Positions 37,970 to 47,656 of a DNA stretch of 64,000 nucleotides are shown in pieces. The notes beneath the pieces are model-generated. The model saw only the letters and a list, made by a program, of their open reading frames with translations, was not told where the DNA came from and did no database searches. The stretch is from Candidatus Caldarchaeum sp. (GTDB taxonomy: Archaea; Thermoproteota; Nitrososphaeria_A; Caldarchaeales; Caldarchaeaceae): the NCBI GenBank assembly GCA_038885755.1, contig JAVZZH010000002.1:160001-224000 (forward strand), in the 5' to 3' direction. Position numbers and translations under genes: made by a program. The stretch's first letter is position 1. Each line of letters opens with the position of its first letter.

Positions 37970-40491
37970 GGAAAACCGTAGCCGCAGCCATAGCTCTCGT
38001 GTTCGCGCTCACGCTGTTCACCCCGTCCCAAGCCCAGCAATACACCCCGCCACACGACAAGCCCGGCCCCGCAGTCGAAACCGTGAGGGTGAAGGCTTAC
38101 GCTGAGGAGATAGCTCCTCAGGCTCTCGAGAGGGGAGACATGGACATCTATCTCTACAGCATGCGGGTCTCTAGGCTGGCGGCTCTGGAGAGAAACCCCG
38201 ACATAACGATGGTGAGGGCGCCTTCTCTACTGCTCTCTCTCATCCTGAACCCGGCACCGGACCGGAGAGGCTTAAACCCCTTCAGCCTGAAGGAAGTTAG
38301 GCAGGCCTTCCAATATCTAGTTGACAGGGATTTCGTCGTCAGAGAGCTCTACCGAGGGCTGGCCACCCCCATGACCTCCCACCTAACCCCCTACGACTAC
38401 GACTACGCCCTCTTCTTCCAGCAGATCCTCGACGCGGGAATAAGGTACGACCCCGAGCGGGCCGACAGGCTGATCACCAACGCTCTGACGGGGGCTGGGG
38501 CTGTCAAGAGGGATGGGAAATGGTATTACGGAGACAAGCCGATAACCATCAAGTTCATCATAAGAACCGAGGACGAGCGGCGTGAGATAGGCGACCTAGT
38601 GGCTTCGGAGCTTGAGAAGACAGGGTTCACCGTCGAGCGGGTATACCTGCCTTTCGCTCAGGCAGTGGCGCGGGTATACACGACAGACCCTCAGGAGTTC
38701 CAGTGGCATGTTTACACCGAGGGATGGGGCAGGGGGGCTTTAGAGAAGTACGACACTTCGTCGGTCAACCAGTTCTGCGCCCCGTGGCTGGGCAACATGC
38801 CCGGCTGGCAGGAGCTCGGCTTCTGGCAGTACTCGAACCAGCTGCTCGACGACGTGGGCCAGAAGATCTTCAAGGGGCTGTACAGCGGCCGTGAGGAGAG
38901 GGACAGGCTGTACCTACAGGCCTTGCGGGAATGCATGTCGGAGTCTGTGAGGGTCTGGGTGGCCGTGGTCATGCAGAGCACTCCGCTGGCCAAGAACATG
39001 GCTGGAATTACAGAGGACTTGGCGGCTGGAGCCCGTGGGCTGTGGACGCTGAGGGAGGCGCACCTACCGGGTAAAGACGTGCTTAACGTGGGCCATCTAT
39101 GGGTTTGGACGCCGCGCTCCGTCTGGAACCCTGTCGGAGGCTTCGGCGACGTCTACAGCGCCGACCTCTGGAGAGCTGTCTCAGACCCATCGATAGCAAG
39201 ACATCCATTCACAGGCCTTCCAATCCCGTTCAGAGCACGGTACTCGGTCGAGACAGCCGGGCCGACAAGCACTCTCGCAGTTCCGGCGGATGCATTTACT
39301 TGGGATGCGGCGGCAAAAGCATGGAGGAACGTGCCCTCCGGGACACGGGCCGTGAGCAAGGTTGTCTTCGACTACTCCCTATACACCTCGTCAAAATGGC
39401 ATCACGGCATCCCCATAACCATGGCCGACGTGCTCTACAGGATCTACCAGACCTACGACCTAGCCTACGACGACGTCAAATCAAGAATCGAGTTCGCCAT
39501 CGCCTCCACCTCCAAACCCATCTTGGAGACATTCAAGGGCTTCAGAATACTCGACCAGAACAGGCTCGAGGTCTACGTCGACTACTGGAACTTCGAGCCG
39601 GACTACATAGCGGAGTACGCCGATGTCTTCGGCGGCGGGATGCCGTGGGAGCTCTTGGCTGTCTGCGACGACTTGGTGTTCAACCGAAGGCTGGCAACAT
39701 ACAGCGACACGGCTGCTGCAAGGTTCAGAGTAGACCAGCTCAACCTCGTGCTACGGGAGCATGTGAGCCTAGTAAGGCTGTCGCTCAACGACTTCATCTC
39801 GAAAACACAGTTCCCAGCCAACATATTCACGGTGAACGGAAAATCCTACGAAACACGGGAGGGCGCTCTGACGAGGTACAGGGCGCTGCTCAACTGGGTT
39901 AACACCAACAACCTAGCCGTCGTAAGCAACGGGCCCTACATCCTAGCAGTCTTCGACCCCGCCTCGCAGTACGCCGAGCTCAGAGCCTACAGAGACCCGT
40001 CTTACCCCTTCAAACCCGGCAAATGGTATTTCGGAACCGTCGACAAGCCAAGGCTGCAGAAAGTCGAGGGCTTCGTCGTCGTGGGCAGCGACTCCAAGAT
40101 TAGGCTGAGCACGGCGGGACGTGGAACGCTAAGCGTCTCCTACGTTGTGAAGGACTTGGCCACCGGCTCGTTGGTTGACTCGGGTGGTGGAAGGGCTGCT
40201 GGAGGGGTTTTCGAGATAAATCTGCCGGCTTCGAAGACCTCTCAGCTGTCTCCCGGATTTCTGGAGCTCACAGTCGTTGTTTTCAGCGACGAGGTGGCGC
40301 AGGCCTTCAGCTCCACCGAGCGGGTTGAGGTCAGGAGGGCCGCAGCCACTGAGACGAGGCCGACGCCCGCCCAGACAACCGTGGTCCAGACACCTGCCGA
40401 GCAGCCTCAGCAGCTACCCCTCGGCTTGATAATAGCCGTGGCAGGCGTCTTAGCAGTAGCCGTAGCCGTGTTCATCCTGAGAAGACGCTAG
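37966..40491 (+). CDS. Family-5 (peptide/oligosaccharide) ABC substrate-binding protein
   Basis: NPFSLKEVRQA, KWHHGIPITMADV, NGPYIL; signal peptide and C-terminal TM anchor. Confidence 0.9.
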   Translation: MRKTVAAAIALVFALTLFTPSQAQQYTPPHDKPGPAVETVRVKAYAEEIAPQALERGDMDIYLYSMRVSRLAALERNPDITMVRAPSLLLSLILNPAPDRRGLNPFSLKEVRQAFQYLVDRDFVVRELYRGLATPMTSHLTPYDYDYALFFQQILDAGIRYDPERADRLITNALTGAGAVKRDGKWYYGDKPITIKFIIRTEDERREIGDLVASELEKTGFTVERVYLPFAQAVARVYTTDPQEFQWHVYTEGWGRGALEKYDTSSVNQFCAPWLGNMPGWQELGFWQYSNQLLDDVGQKIFKGLYSGREERDRLYLQALRECMSESVRVWVAVVMQSTPLAKNMAGITEDLAAGARGLWTLREAHLPGKDVLNVGHLWVWTPRSVWNPVGGFGDVYSADLWRAVSDPSIARHPFTGLPIPFRARYSVETAGPTSTLAVPADAFTWDAAAKAWRNVPSGTRAVSKVVFDYSLYTSSKWHHGIPITMADVLYRIYQTYDLAYDDVKSRIEFAIASTSKPILETFKGFRILDQNRLEVYVDYWNFEPDYIAEYADVFGGGMPWELLAVCDDLVFNRRLATYSDTAAARFRVDQLNLVLREHVSLVRLSLNDFISKTQFPANIFTVNGKSYETREGALTRYRALLNWVNTNNLAVVSNGPYILAVFDPASQYAELRAYRDPSYPFKPGKWYFGTVDKPRLQKVEGFVVVGSDSKIRLSTAGRGTLSVSYVVKDLATGSLVDSGGGRAAGGVFEINLPASKTSQLSPGFLELTVVVFSDEVAQAFSSTERVEVRRAAATETRPTPAQTTVVQTPAEQPQQLPLGLIIAVAGVLAVAVAVFILRRR

Positions 40492-41228
40492 TCCTCCAGA
40501 GCCCTAATCAGAGAGTCGATGTGGCCGATAACCACGAGCATAACCTCCTGCGCGAACTGTTCCGCAGCGTTGCCGTAGTTCTCGACGCCGGGCGGGGCGT
40601 TCAGCTGCCAGTCAACCCACAGCGGACACCAAGCTATTATCTCCTGCCTCGATAAGCCGGTCAACGGAGGGAAGCGGTCGAGCCAGTCGAAGTAGAGGTC
40701 GAGGTTCGCCAGCACTTCGTCGACGGTGTTGACTAGGTTTGGGCTGCTCTTCAAAGCCAGCGCCCTCGTCTCGTTCCAGTACTGTCTAGCGCCCTCCCTG
40801 TCTCCCGGCGGCCCTGACCTGAGCCAGCTGACCAGCACTCTGTCGTTTTCGAGAAGCGTGAGAACGTTCTTCACACGCTCAACCCTGCTGCGGAGCTGGC
40901 TGAGCTCGCCGCTCACAGAAGCCAGCTGCGAAGAGGTTTCTCCAGCCTGTCTCTCCATCGACGTAAGCCTATCGCTGAGCTGTCTAGCCCTGTTTTCAGC
41001 GTTCTCGAGCAGCGTCTGCAGGCTCCTGTAGTCCGACTCCAGCCTAGAGAGCCTGTTGCTCGCCTCCGTCAGACGGTTCTGCAGCTGGGTGTTTTGTTCT
41101 CTCAAATCCTTCACAAGGCTCTGATACCGTGCGTCAATATCAGCCAGCACCATGCTGTAGTACGTCGCCGCCGCAGCCGCCCCCAGAAACAAGGACAGGA
41201 CAACGGCAACTGTCAGGACATACTTCAT
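40488..41228 (-). CDS. Membrane-anchored coiled-coil hypothetical protein
   Basis: N-terminal TM, about 100-aa heptad-rich segment, helical C-terminal domain. Confidence 0.75.
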   Translation of the reverse strand: MKYVLTVAVVLSLFLGAAAAATYYSMVLADIDARYQSLVKDLREQNTQLQNRLTEASNRLSRLESDYRSLQTLLENAENRARQLSDRLTSMERQAGETSSQLASVSGELSQLRSRVERVKNVLTLLENDRVLVSWLRSGPPGDREGARQYWNETRALALKSSPNLVNTVDEVLANLDLYFDWLDRFPPLTGLSRQEIIAWCPLWVDWQLNAPPGVENYGNAAEQFAQEVMLVVIGHIDSLIRALED

Positions 41229-41267
41229 TTACGCATATCACAAACCCTCCTGCTTATAATCCTTCTG

Positions 41268-42320
41268 TCAAACCCTAACCCTGGGGTCGAGGACGACTAT
41301 CAAGACCTCCACCACGAACCTAGCACCTATGTAGATGAGGGTGTACATGAATGTCAGAGCCACCACGAGACCCTCGTCGAAGGCTGAGACAGCTTCGTAG
41401 TATAGACGACCCATCCCAGGCCAGTTGAACACGGTCTCCGTGAGTATGGCTCCGCCTATCGACCCGGCTACTGCGAAGACGACGTTCGTGGCTATCGGAG
41501 GCGCTGCTGGCCTCAAGATGTACCGGCGGCGTATCAGGCTCTCGGGCAAGCCCTTGGCCTTCGCCACCTGAACAAAGTCTTCTTGAGCTATGTTGAGGAC
41601 TATCGTCCTGGAAACGTAGGCCCATCCGCCCACCACCACGACCACGAGCGTCGCCACGGGGAGGAATGCATGCCACAGCAGGTCGAGGACCTTGGCCAAC
41701 GGCTCGGCTGGAGGAGGTGCGCTGAAAAGCCCTCCTGCGGGGAAGATCCTCCAGTAGTAGTAAAAGACGAGGATCATCAAAATCCCCGTCCACCACGACG
41801 GGAGCGCGTAGGATGCGGCTGCGAGGTAGGCGAGCGACCTGTCGAACAAGCTTCCACGCCGATAGGCAGCCCTCATCCCTAAGTTGATTCCAACGGCTGC
41901 GCTAATGACCACCGCCGTCGTGACAAGCATAACCGTGTAGGGAACTCTCTCGAGTATGATGTCGGCGACTTTGCGGCTTCCAGCGAACGAGGTTATCGTC
42001 CTCGAGTACCCCAAGTCCAGCGTCAGGACACGGGCCACCATGGCGGGGATGCGTTCGAACCAAGGCCTGTTCAAGCCGTAGGACTCCTCCAGCTCCTTCC
42101 TGTACTGCAGCAGGGCGTTCTCCAGCTCGACTGGGTCTCGGATACGCTGTGAAAGCGTCTGTCTGACCGTCCTCAGCTCCTCGCTGACGTACGCCGACAA
42201 CATCCTGTCGCTCACTCCCGTTGCGCCCAAAACAACCACGACCATCACCAGAACGCTGACCAAAACCAAGCCAAGCGTCAGCGCCTTGACGGCTAGGGAA
42301 CGCCAGACGCCCATAACCAC
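41268..42320 (-). CDS. Peptide ABC permease (DppB-like)
   Basis: LDLGYS, ALPSWW, EDFVQVAKAKGL (EAA loop) and ETVFNWPGMG...DPRVR. Confidence 0.93.
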   Translation of the reverse strand: MVMGVWRSLAVKALTLGLVLVSVLVMVVVVLGATGVSDRMLSAYVSEELRTVRQTLSQRIRDPVELENALLQYRKELEESYGLNRPWFERIPAMVARVLTLDLGYSRTITSFAGSRKVADIILERVPYTVMLVTTAVVISAAVGINLGMRAAYRRGSLFDRSLAYLAAASYALPSWWTGILMILVFYYYWRIFPAGGLFSAPPPAEPLAKVLDLLWHAFLPVATLVVVVVGGWAYVSRTIVLNIAQEDFVQVAKAKGLPESLIRRRYILRPAAPPIATNVVFAVAGSIGGAILTETVFNWPGMGRLYYEAVSAFDEGLVVALTFMYTLIYIGARFVVEVLIVVLDPRVRV

Positions 42321-42412
42321 AGCATCCCGCGATTGTATATAACTTAAGCTATCTGCAACACCGCTGCGAATGATTGATGAAGCTCTTGGCCTGTGTTTCT
42401 AGCCGTAGGCGT

Positions 42413-43255
42413 TTATCCGGTGTATAGAGACCTCAGCTTCTTCAAGTCTGTTGCGTAGTCTCCGGCCTCGTCTTCAGGCGTTTCTATCACCATGGGCTTG
42501 TCTCTTACGGCTTTGTGGTTGATGAACGCTTTGAACCCTTGGTCGCCGATGTTTCCCTTGCCGATGTGCTCATGCCTGTCCAGCCCGCTGCCGAGACCGC
42601 CCTTCGAGTCGTTTAAATGAACAGCCTTAAGCCTCTCCAGCCCGACAACTTCATCAAACCTGGCCAACGTGGCGTCAACAGCTTCAACGCCGCGTATGTC
42701 GTAGCCGGCAGCCAGTAGGTGGCAGGTGTCGAGACAAACCCCAACCCTTTCTTGGTTCTCTACCTTGGAGAGGATCTTGGCTATGTCCTCAAACCTAGAG
42801 CCGCACGAGTTTTTCTGCCCAGCCATGTTCTCCAGGAGAACCAAGACCTTGTTGTCAACCTTGCCGAGCGCTGTGTTGACGGCGTCGGCCACAAGCTCAA
42901 CGCCTTTTTCTATCCCGGCTCCGAGATGGCTGCCGATGTGAACAACTAGGAGCTGAACGCCGAGCAGGCCGCATCTTTCCAGCTCAGCCGTCAACGACTT
43001 CACCGACTTCTCGTAAATCATTTTCTTAGGCGACGCTATGTTTGGAAGGTAGGGCATGTGGGCCATCGCAACCCTGAAGCCGGACCGCTGGAACTTTTTG
43101 ACAAACTCGTCGACGTCCTGCTGCTTCAGCCGGGTGTAGGTCCATCCCCGAGGGTTGCGTGTGAATATCTGGAAAGTCGTGCAGCCCAGCTCAACCGCCC
43201 TGTCCACCGCATAATGTATGGCGCCCGAGATAGAGACATGCGCTCCCAGAAGCAT
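42413..43255 (-). CDS. nfo: Endonuclease IV (AP endonuclease 2)
   Basis: GAHVS, FQIF, HMPYLPN, VVHIG, LLEN.AG, DTCH, HLNDS, DRHEHIG and IETP. Confidence 0.95.
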   Translation of the reverse strand: MLLGAHVSISGAIHYAVDRAVELGCTTFQIFTRNPRGWTYTRLKQQDVDEFVKKFQRSGFRVAMAHMPYLPNIASPKKMIYEKSVKSLTAELERCGLLGVQLLVVHIGSHLGAGIEKGVELVADAVNTALGKVDNKVLVLLENMAGQKNSCGSRFEDIAKILSKVENQERVGVCLDTCHLLAAGYDIRGVEAVDATLARFDEVVGLERLKAVHLNDSKGGLGSGLDRHEHIGKGNIGDQGFKAFINHKAVRDKPMVIETPEDEAGDYATDLKKLRSLYTG

Positions 43256-43350
43256 CGCCTTATCCAGCAGAGGTCACGCTTTAAAACTTTGCCCAAGCCA
43301 CGCCTTAAACACCTCATCTTTAATAGCTGTCCACACGTCAGACATCCAGC

Positions 43351-43686
43351 TTGAGCCACAGATGCCCGTTGTGCGGCACGCCCGTCAGCTGGTCGGAGAG
43401 ACAAGCCGGGCTGTACGCATGCCTTACCGTATGCGTGCCACTAGTCCCCTTCCCACGCCACCTAGTTGAGAAGCATCCCAGCTACTTGCAGGAGGCTAAA
43501 AGACTCGCCAGGCCTGTGATGTACACGGCCCTCTCGCTCGCCGCAGCCGCGGCGCTGCTTTTTGTCTCAGGCTTTTACGCGGCGTCAGCCCTAGCGGGGG
43601 CCGGGTGCGTCGTCTTGTTCATGGTTGGCTGGAATCGGAGGAGGAGGCTGATTCACCGCTTCCAGTCTTCTGCGACCGGTTTCTGA
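43351..43686 (+). CDS. Small membrane protein with putative C2H2-type Zn site
   Basis: CPLC...HLVEKH, then two hydrophobic helices and an RRRR tail. Confidence 0.6.
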   Translation: MSHRCPLCGTPVSWSERQAGLYACLTVCVPLVPFPRHLVEKHPSYLQEAKRLARPVMYTALSLAAAAALLFVSGFYAASALAGAGCVVLFMVGWNRRRRLIHRFQSSATGF

Positions 43687-44203
43687 CAGCGTCCCTGACG
43701 ATCAGGAAGACGTTCAAAACTATCAGCAGAAGCACGATTATAGGGCCTGCCGGGAAAAACATTTCACCCCTCAAGAATAGGCTCAGGAAGCCGATGCCAG
43801 TCCACGAAGGTATGCTCAACCCCGTCCACCTCCCCAGAATGTGGTCTGGAGGAACAGGCCCCCAGTAGTCGGCCACGGCGTTGGCGTCGCCTTTCGTGAT
43901 TATGCCTCCAGCCTCACGACCCACAGCCCTATGGACTATTATCGACGAGGACGAGCCTTTCTCGCCAGGCCTGTAGAACACTATCACGTCTCCGTTCCGT
44001 GGGTCGGCTTTAATCTCGGCAGGGTTTACGGGAGCGACGATGATGATGTCCCCGACCTCTATGACGGGCCTCATGCTTCCGCTCTTGACGACAAGCAGCG
44101 GGAAAGTTATCCCGAGGGCTGTGTGAAGCATCGACAGAACCACCAGTACCGTTGCAGCGGTAAAAACCACCCCGTAGGCTATGTTTCTTTTAGAGACCCG
44201 CAT
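43619..44203 (-). CDS. sec11: Signal peptidase I, archaeal/ER type (S26B)
   Basis: VKSGSMRP, GDII, IVHR and TKGDAN. Confidence 0.92.
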   Translation of the reverse strand: MRVSKRNIAYGVVFTAATVLVVLSMLHTALGITFPLLVVKSGSMRPVIEVGDIIIVAPVNPAEIKADPRNGDVIVFYRPGEKGSSSSIIVHRAVGREAGGIITKGDANAVADYWGPVPPDHILGRWTGLSIPSWTGIGFLSLFLRGEMFFPAGPIIVLLLIVLNVFLIVRDAVRNRSQKTGSGESASSSDSSQP

Positions 44204-44207
44204 CCCT

Positions 44208-46946
44208 TCAAACTCGTGGTGGACGGCTTCTCTTAAGTGTTGCAGGCCTTCTCTCAGGCTCGGCTACCTGCCTTCTCTGAGGAGCGGCCCTCTGCCTTCC
44301 TCCCCCCGGTCTAAGGCGCCCCCATCTGATTAAGCCGAAGACGGATGAGAAAGACACCGCTGCAGTCGCGGCCAGAACTACTCCCTGTAGCTGAGGTCTT
44401 TCCTCGACATGAATGATGGACAAACCCTTGTCCTGCTTCGACGAATATGTGGAGGTGTAGGTGTACCCGCCTATCTTCATTGTCCAGGTATAATCTCCGT
44501 CAGCTACGTAGATGATGGTTCTTCCCTCCTCGTCAGTCAAGCCTCTCTCAACAAGCTTATCACCCCGGCTGAGAGAAACCTCGGCTCCCTGGACGGGAAA
44601 TCCTTCAGGAGTCAAGATCCGTACGTCAACTCTGTAAACCTTAGTCCTGACGTTGAGGGTCGTGGACTGCGTTATGGAAAGGGACTGTGAATGGACAGCG
44701 GTGTCCTGGTAGACGACCTCCAGCGAGAAATCACCCCGGGGTAGCTTAAGCTCAGCCCTGCCAACGTTGTCTGTGAAGCTTTCGGAGATCTTTCTCGTGG
44801 ACTGGGAGGCGGATACGTAGGCCGTTGGAAGCGGTGTTCCGTCAGACTTGACTACTGTAAGCCTGAGATAGTAGACGGCTACAGGTATTCGAACGGTTTC
44901 CTCGTCCACTGAGAAAGATGCTTGACGGTCGTAGACAGAGACTCCTTTGTACTGTGCGGACACACGGTAGGCTCCGGCAGGTATGTTGACAAACCTAGCC
45001 TTTCCATCCGACACCTCTCCCGAAAACCTTGCAGGCCCTATGCTCAACTGAACGCTTCCGCTCTCGACGGGTTTAGCTTCGTCGTCAACCACCTCAACCA
45101 GCACATCTATTATTCCACGGGCCTTGATGGTTATCTCCCTGCTTCCCTCGATCCGTAGACTCTCTTCATGGACGGGGAGGCTCAGGTAGTTTACGGCCAG
45201 CCTGTAGTTTCCATGTGGAATGTTTCTTAAAGACGCTCGGCCGGTGGAGTTGCTGATCATAGTCTCTGAGATCCCTTCAGCGGTCAACGACAACTCGGCG
45301 TTCTCTATGTTCGCTTCGCCGTCGAAGTCCTGCACCCTAAACACGACGTTGTAAACCCTTGTCCTCACAACCACCTCCAAGTTGTTTGCGTTGAGAAGGA
45401 ACTCGAAGCCGTCGTTAACCACGACGTTGCGGAAGTTCACGACACCCCTGTACAGAACGGGTATAAGCCCGCTGACCGAGACCTCGCCGTTCTCGCCAGC
45501 GTTGTAAACACCCAGCACCACGTCGTCGTAAGTCCTAAGCTGCGCGGAGGCCGGGATTCCCTGGTTCACGTCGTTGGTTATTCTCAGCCTAACGGTATGG
45601 AGCGTGGGCCTGATGCTTATCCTAGCGTCGTCTGAGGTTACTTCCACTGTTCCGGAGCCAATTACGTATGGGCCTCGTGTTATCTCGTAAGTGTACCGGC
45701 CGGCGGGCATGTTATTCACGGAGGCAGCTGCGTTCATCGTGGTGCGTTCAACGCTGTAGCCCGGCATGCTGAGCCTTATGTTGACTGTCGACACCAGCCT
45801 CTCGCTAGGCGTTCCCACAGCATCCACTCTGAACGAGGCGTCGTAGAACCTTGCCCTGACACTGTTGTCCGCCGGAGCGTCGACCTCGCCCCTGAAAACC
45901 TCGTTGTCGCCCATTCTGACGACCAGCGTGTAAGCCCTAGACCTCACCAGGCCGAAGCCAAGCTCTCCGTTAGACGTGGTCGCAGGGTCTCCGTATTGAG
46001 TGTTCCCCCTGAAAAGCCTGCCTTCAAGGTTTATGCCTGTAATCAAGTCCACGCCGTCAGCGTCCAGCACCCTCACCCTGTATCTCACAAGGTCCGTTCT
46101 AGCAACATGGTCCACGACGCCGCTGCTAACCACGACGAACGTGGTTGTCTGGTAAACGGTTTCCCCACGGTAGACGACGTCCAGCGAATAGTCGCCTGCG
46201 GGTAGGCGGTCGATGAGGGCGCTGCCCGACGAGTCGGTGTCCGCCGATGCGAACCCTGTTGTGTTGCCTGTCGGCCTTATGCCGTGCCATACTTTTACAG
46301 TTGCTGACGGGACGGCGTTGCCTTCAAGGTCTTGAACTATCGCACGTATGGCGAACAGGTTGAGGGTTAGGGTTAGGGGTGAGCCGCCGTAGTTTCTGTT
46401 GAAAACACCAACGTCGTAGCCCCGGTAGGACGCGGATATTGTGTAGGTTGTGTTGGGCATCTGAGGAATAGCCGCCGACCCGTCGCCCCCCGTGACGGTC
46501 GTGTTCGTGTAGGAGCCGTATGAAACGCTGAGCCTTACGTTGGCCACCGGGTTGCCTAGCCCGGTTCTCACGTTAATCCGCATGGTCGTCGCGTTTACGT
46601 TCAGAGTGATCTGTGACGGGTTTGACGGGTTTCTTGCTGTGGCGTTGAAGCCGGGGATGTTGGCGACCGAAACCCCTCTGAATATTACTTGGAACGAGGT
46701 GCAGCTAGCCTTGCGGTTCAGAGTGTTGACCGATACTTGGCCGTTGGCGTCGGTAGGGGTAGGCCAGTCGGTTCCGTTTATCCTTAACACAGCCCATCTC
46801 AACGGCTGCGAGCCGTCAGCCGTCCTGATGGTGAACGTGACGCCTGTCTGGGCCTCTGCCTGAGGGAGGCTGGACAGGTAGAGGAAGCTTGACGCTAAGA
46901 TTGCCACGGTTAACAGAACGGCCTTGACTGCGGCGTGGAAACTCAT
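44208..46946 (-). CDS. Cell-surface protein with repeated carboxypeptidase-regulatory/Cna-B-like domains
   Basis: About 10 repeats of the type D..G.P...A.V...TD..G.A...lP.G.Y; signal peptide, C-terminal TM; AGGAGG before ATG 46946. Confidence 0.85.
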   Translation of the reverse strand: MSFHAAVKAVLLTVAILASSFLYLSSLPQAEAQTGVTFTIRTADGSQPLRWAVLRINGTDWPTPTDANGQVSVNTLNRKASCTSFQVIFRGVSVANIPGFNATARNPSNPSQITLNVNATTMRINVRTGLGNPVANVRLSVSYGSYTNTTVTGGDGSAAIPQMPNTTYTISASYRGYDVGVFNRNYGGSPLTLTLNLFAIRAIVQDLEGNAVPSATVKVWHGIRPTGNTTGFASADTDSSGSALIDRLPAGDYSLDVVYRGETVYQTTTFVVVSSGVVDHVARTDLVRYRVRVLDADGVDLITGINLEGRLFRGNTQYGDPATTSNGELGFGLVRSRAYTLVVRMGDNEVFRGEVDAPADNSVRARFYDASFRVDAVGTPSERLVSTVNIRLSMPGYSVERTTMNAAASVNNMPAGRYTYEITRGPYVIGSGTVEVTSDDARISIRPTLHTVRLRITNDVNQGIPASAQLRTYDDVVLGVYNAGENGEVSVSGLIPVLYRGVVNFRNVVVNDGFEFLLNANNLEVVVRTRVYNVVFRVQDFDGEANIENAELSLTAEGISETMISNSTGRASLRNIPHGNYRLAVNYLSLPVHEESLRIEGSREITIKARGIIDVLVEVVDDEAKPVESGSVQLSIGPARFSGEVSDGKARFVNIPAGAYRVSAQYKGVSVYDRQASFSVDEETVRIPVAVYYLRLTVVKSDGTPLPTAYVSASQSTRKISESFTDNVGRAELKLPRGDFSLEVVYQDTAVHSQSLSITQSTTLNVRTKVYRVDVRILTPEGFPVQGAEVSLSRGDKLVERGLTDEEGRTIIYVADGDYTWTMKIGGYTYTSTYSSKQDKGLSIIHVEERPQLQGVVLAATAAVSFSSVFGLIRWGRLRPGGGRQRAAPQRRQVAEPERRPATLKRSRPPRV

Positions 46947-47013
46947 GCGTTTAACCTCCTCTTGCTCAAATATATGCTGTAATGCTTCGAATGTTCTCAA
47001 GCTTTTCGAGGTC

Positions 47014-47547
47014 TTACTTGTAGGATGACGCTATCGTGTCCAGCGTCCACTTAACCGAGTTAACTATCTCCCTGAGCCTCTGCTCATCCCGGTAGTTTTT
47101 AACTATGAGCTCCCGGGCTGTGTCGCCGTCATAAACCACCTCGTAGCTTAAGACGTCGGACTGTACTAGTTTCCCCTCACTCGCCTTCTGGAGGTCAGCC
47201 TCCCGCATGCTGTCCAGAACCTTCCGCAGCAGAAAAGACGAGAAGGGCCTCATGTCCTGAGTCACGCGTATCTCGGGGTTGAAGACTATCCGGGCCTCCC
47301 GCTCCTTCAGCGACATCGTGGCAAGCAGGCTTCCCGACCTGCTTCTAATCATGCGGAGCCCCGCAGCCTCTTTCTCCGCAGCCTCCGGCGGATGGGCTTT
47401 CTTGAAGCTCTTTGCAGCCAGCTCCCTGTCCACTATCTCCAGCAGCATCCTGAGGCTGTCTATCTCGTGCTCGAGGTCGGCCATCCTCTGCTCCAAGAAA
47501 GTCTTGAGCTCGGCCAGCTTCTTCACCTCAGCGTCCTCGGTCTGCAA
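47014..47547 (-). CDS. Hypothetical protein with N-terminal coiled coil
   Basis: Heptad N-terminus, SFKKA, PFSSFLLRKVL and RLREIVNSVKWTL; co-oriented with the next genes. Confidence 0.75.
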   Translation of the reverse strand: MQTEDAEVKKLAELKTFLEQRMADLEHEIDSLRMLLEIVDRELAAKSFKKAHPPEAAEKEAAGLRMIRSRSGSLLATMSLKEREARIVFNPEIRVTQDMRPFSSFLLRKVLDSMREADLQKASEGKLVQSDVLSYEVVYDGDTARELIVKNYRDEQRLREIVNSVKWTLDTIASSYK

Positions 47548-47656
47548 CCCGTCGCCATAAACGGCTAAAGCTGTAAATAAGCCTTAGTCTGCCGGAACGA
47601 CGGCGCCCGAGAGACGGCATGATTAAATCGGCCTCTGCGGATATCTTGTGTGGAGC

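Noticed and set aside
21197-39902. Long antisense or alternate-frame ORFs (e.g. 21197-21898, 23864-24742, 34009-34794, 39099-39902)
   Set aside because: Shadows of well-supported genes in GC-rich DNA with no independent motifs.
42325-42412. TGATGA as a possible C/D-box sRNA
   Set aside because: No matching CTGA D box in the spacer.
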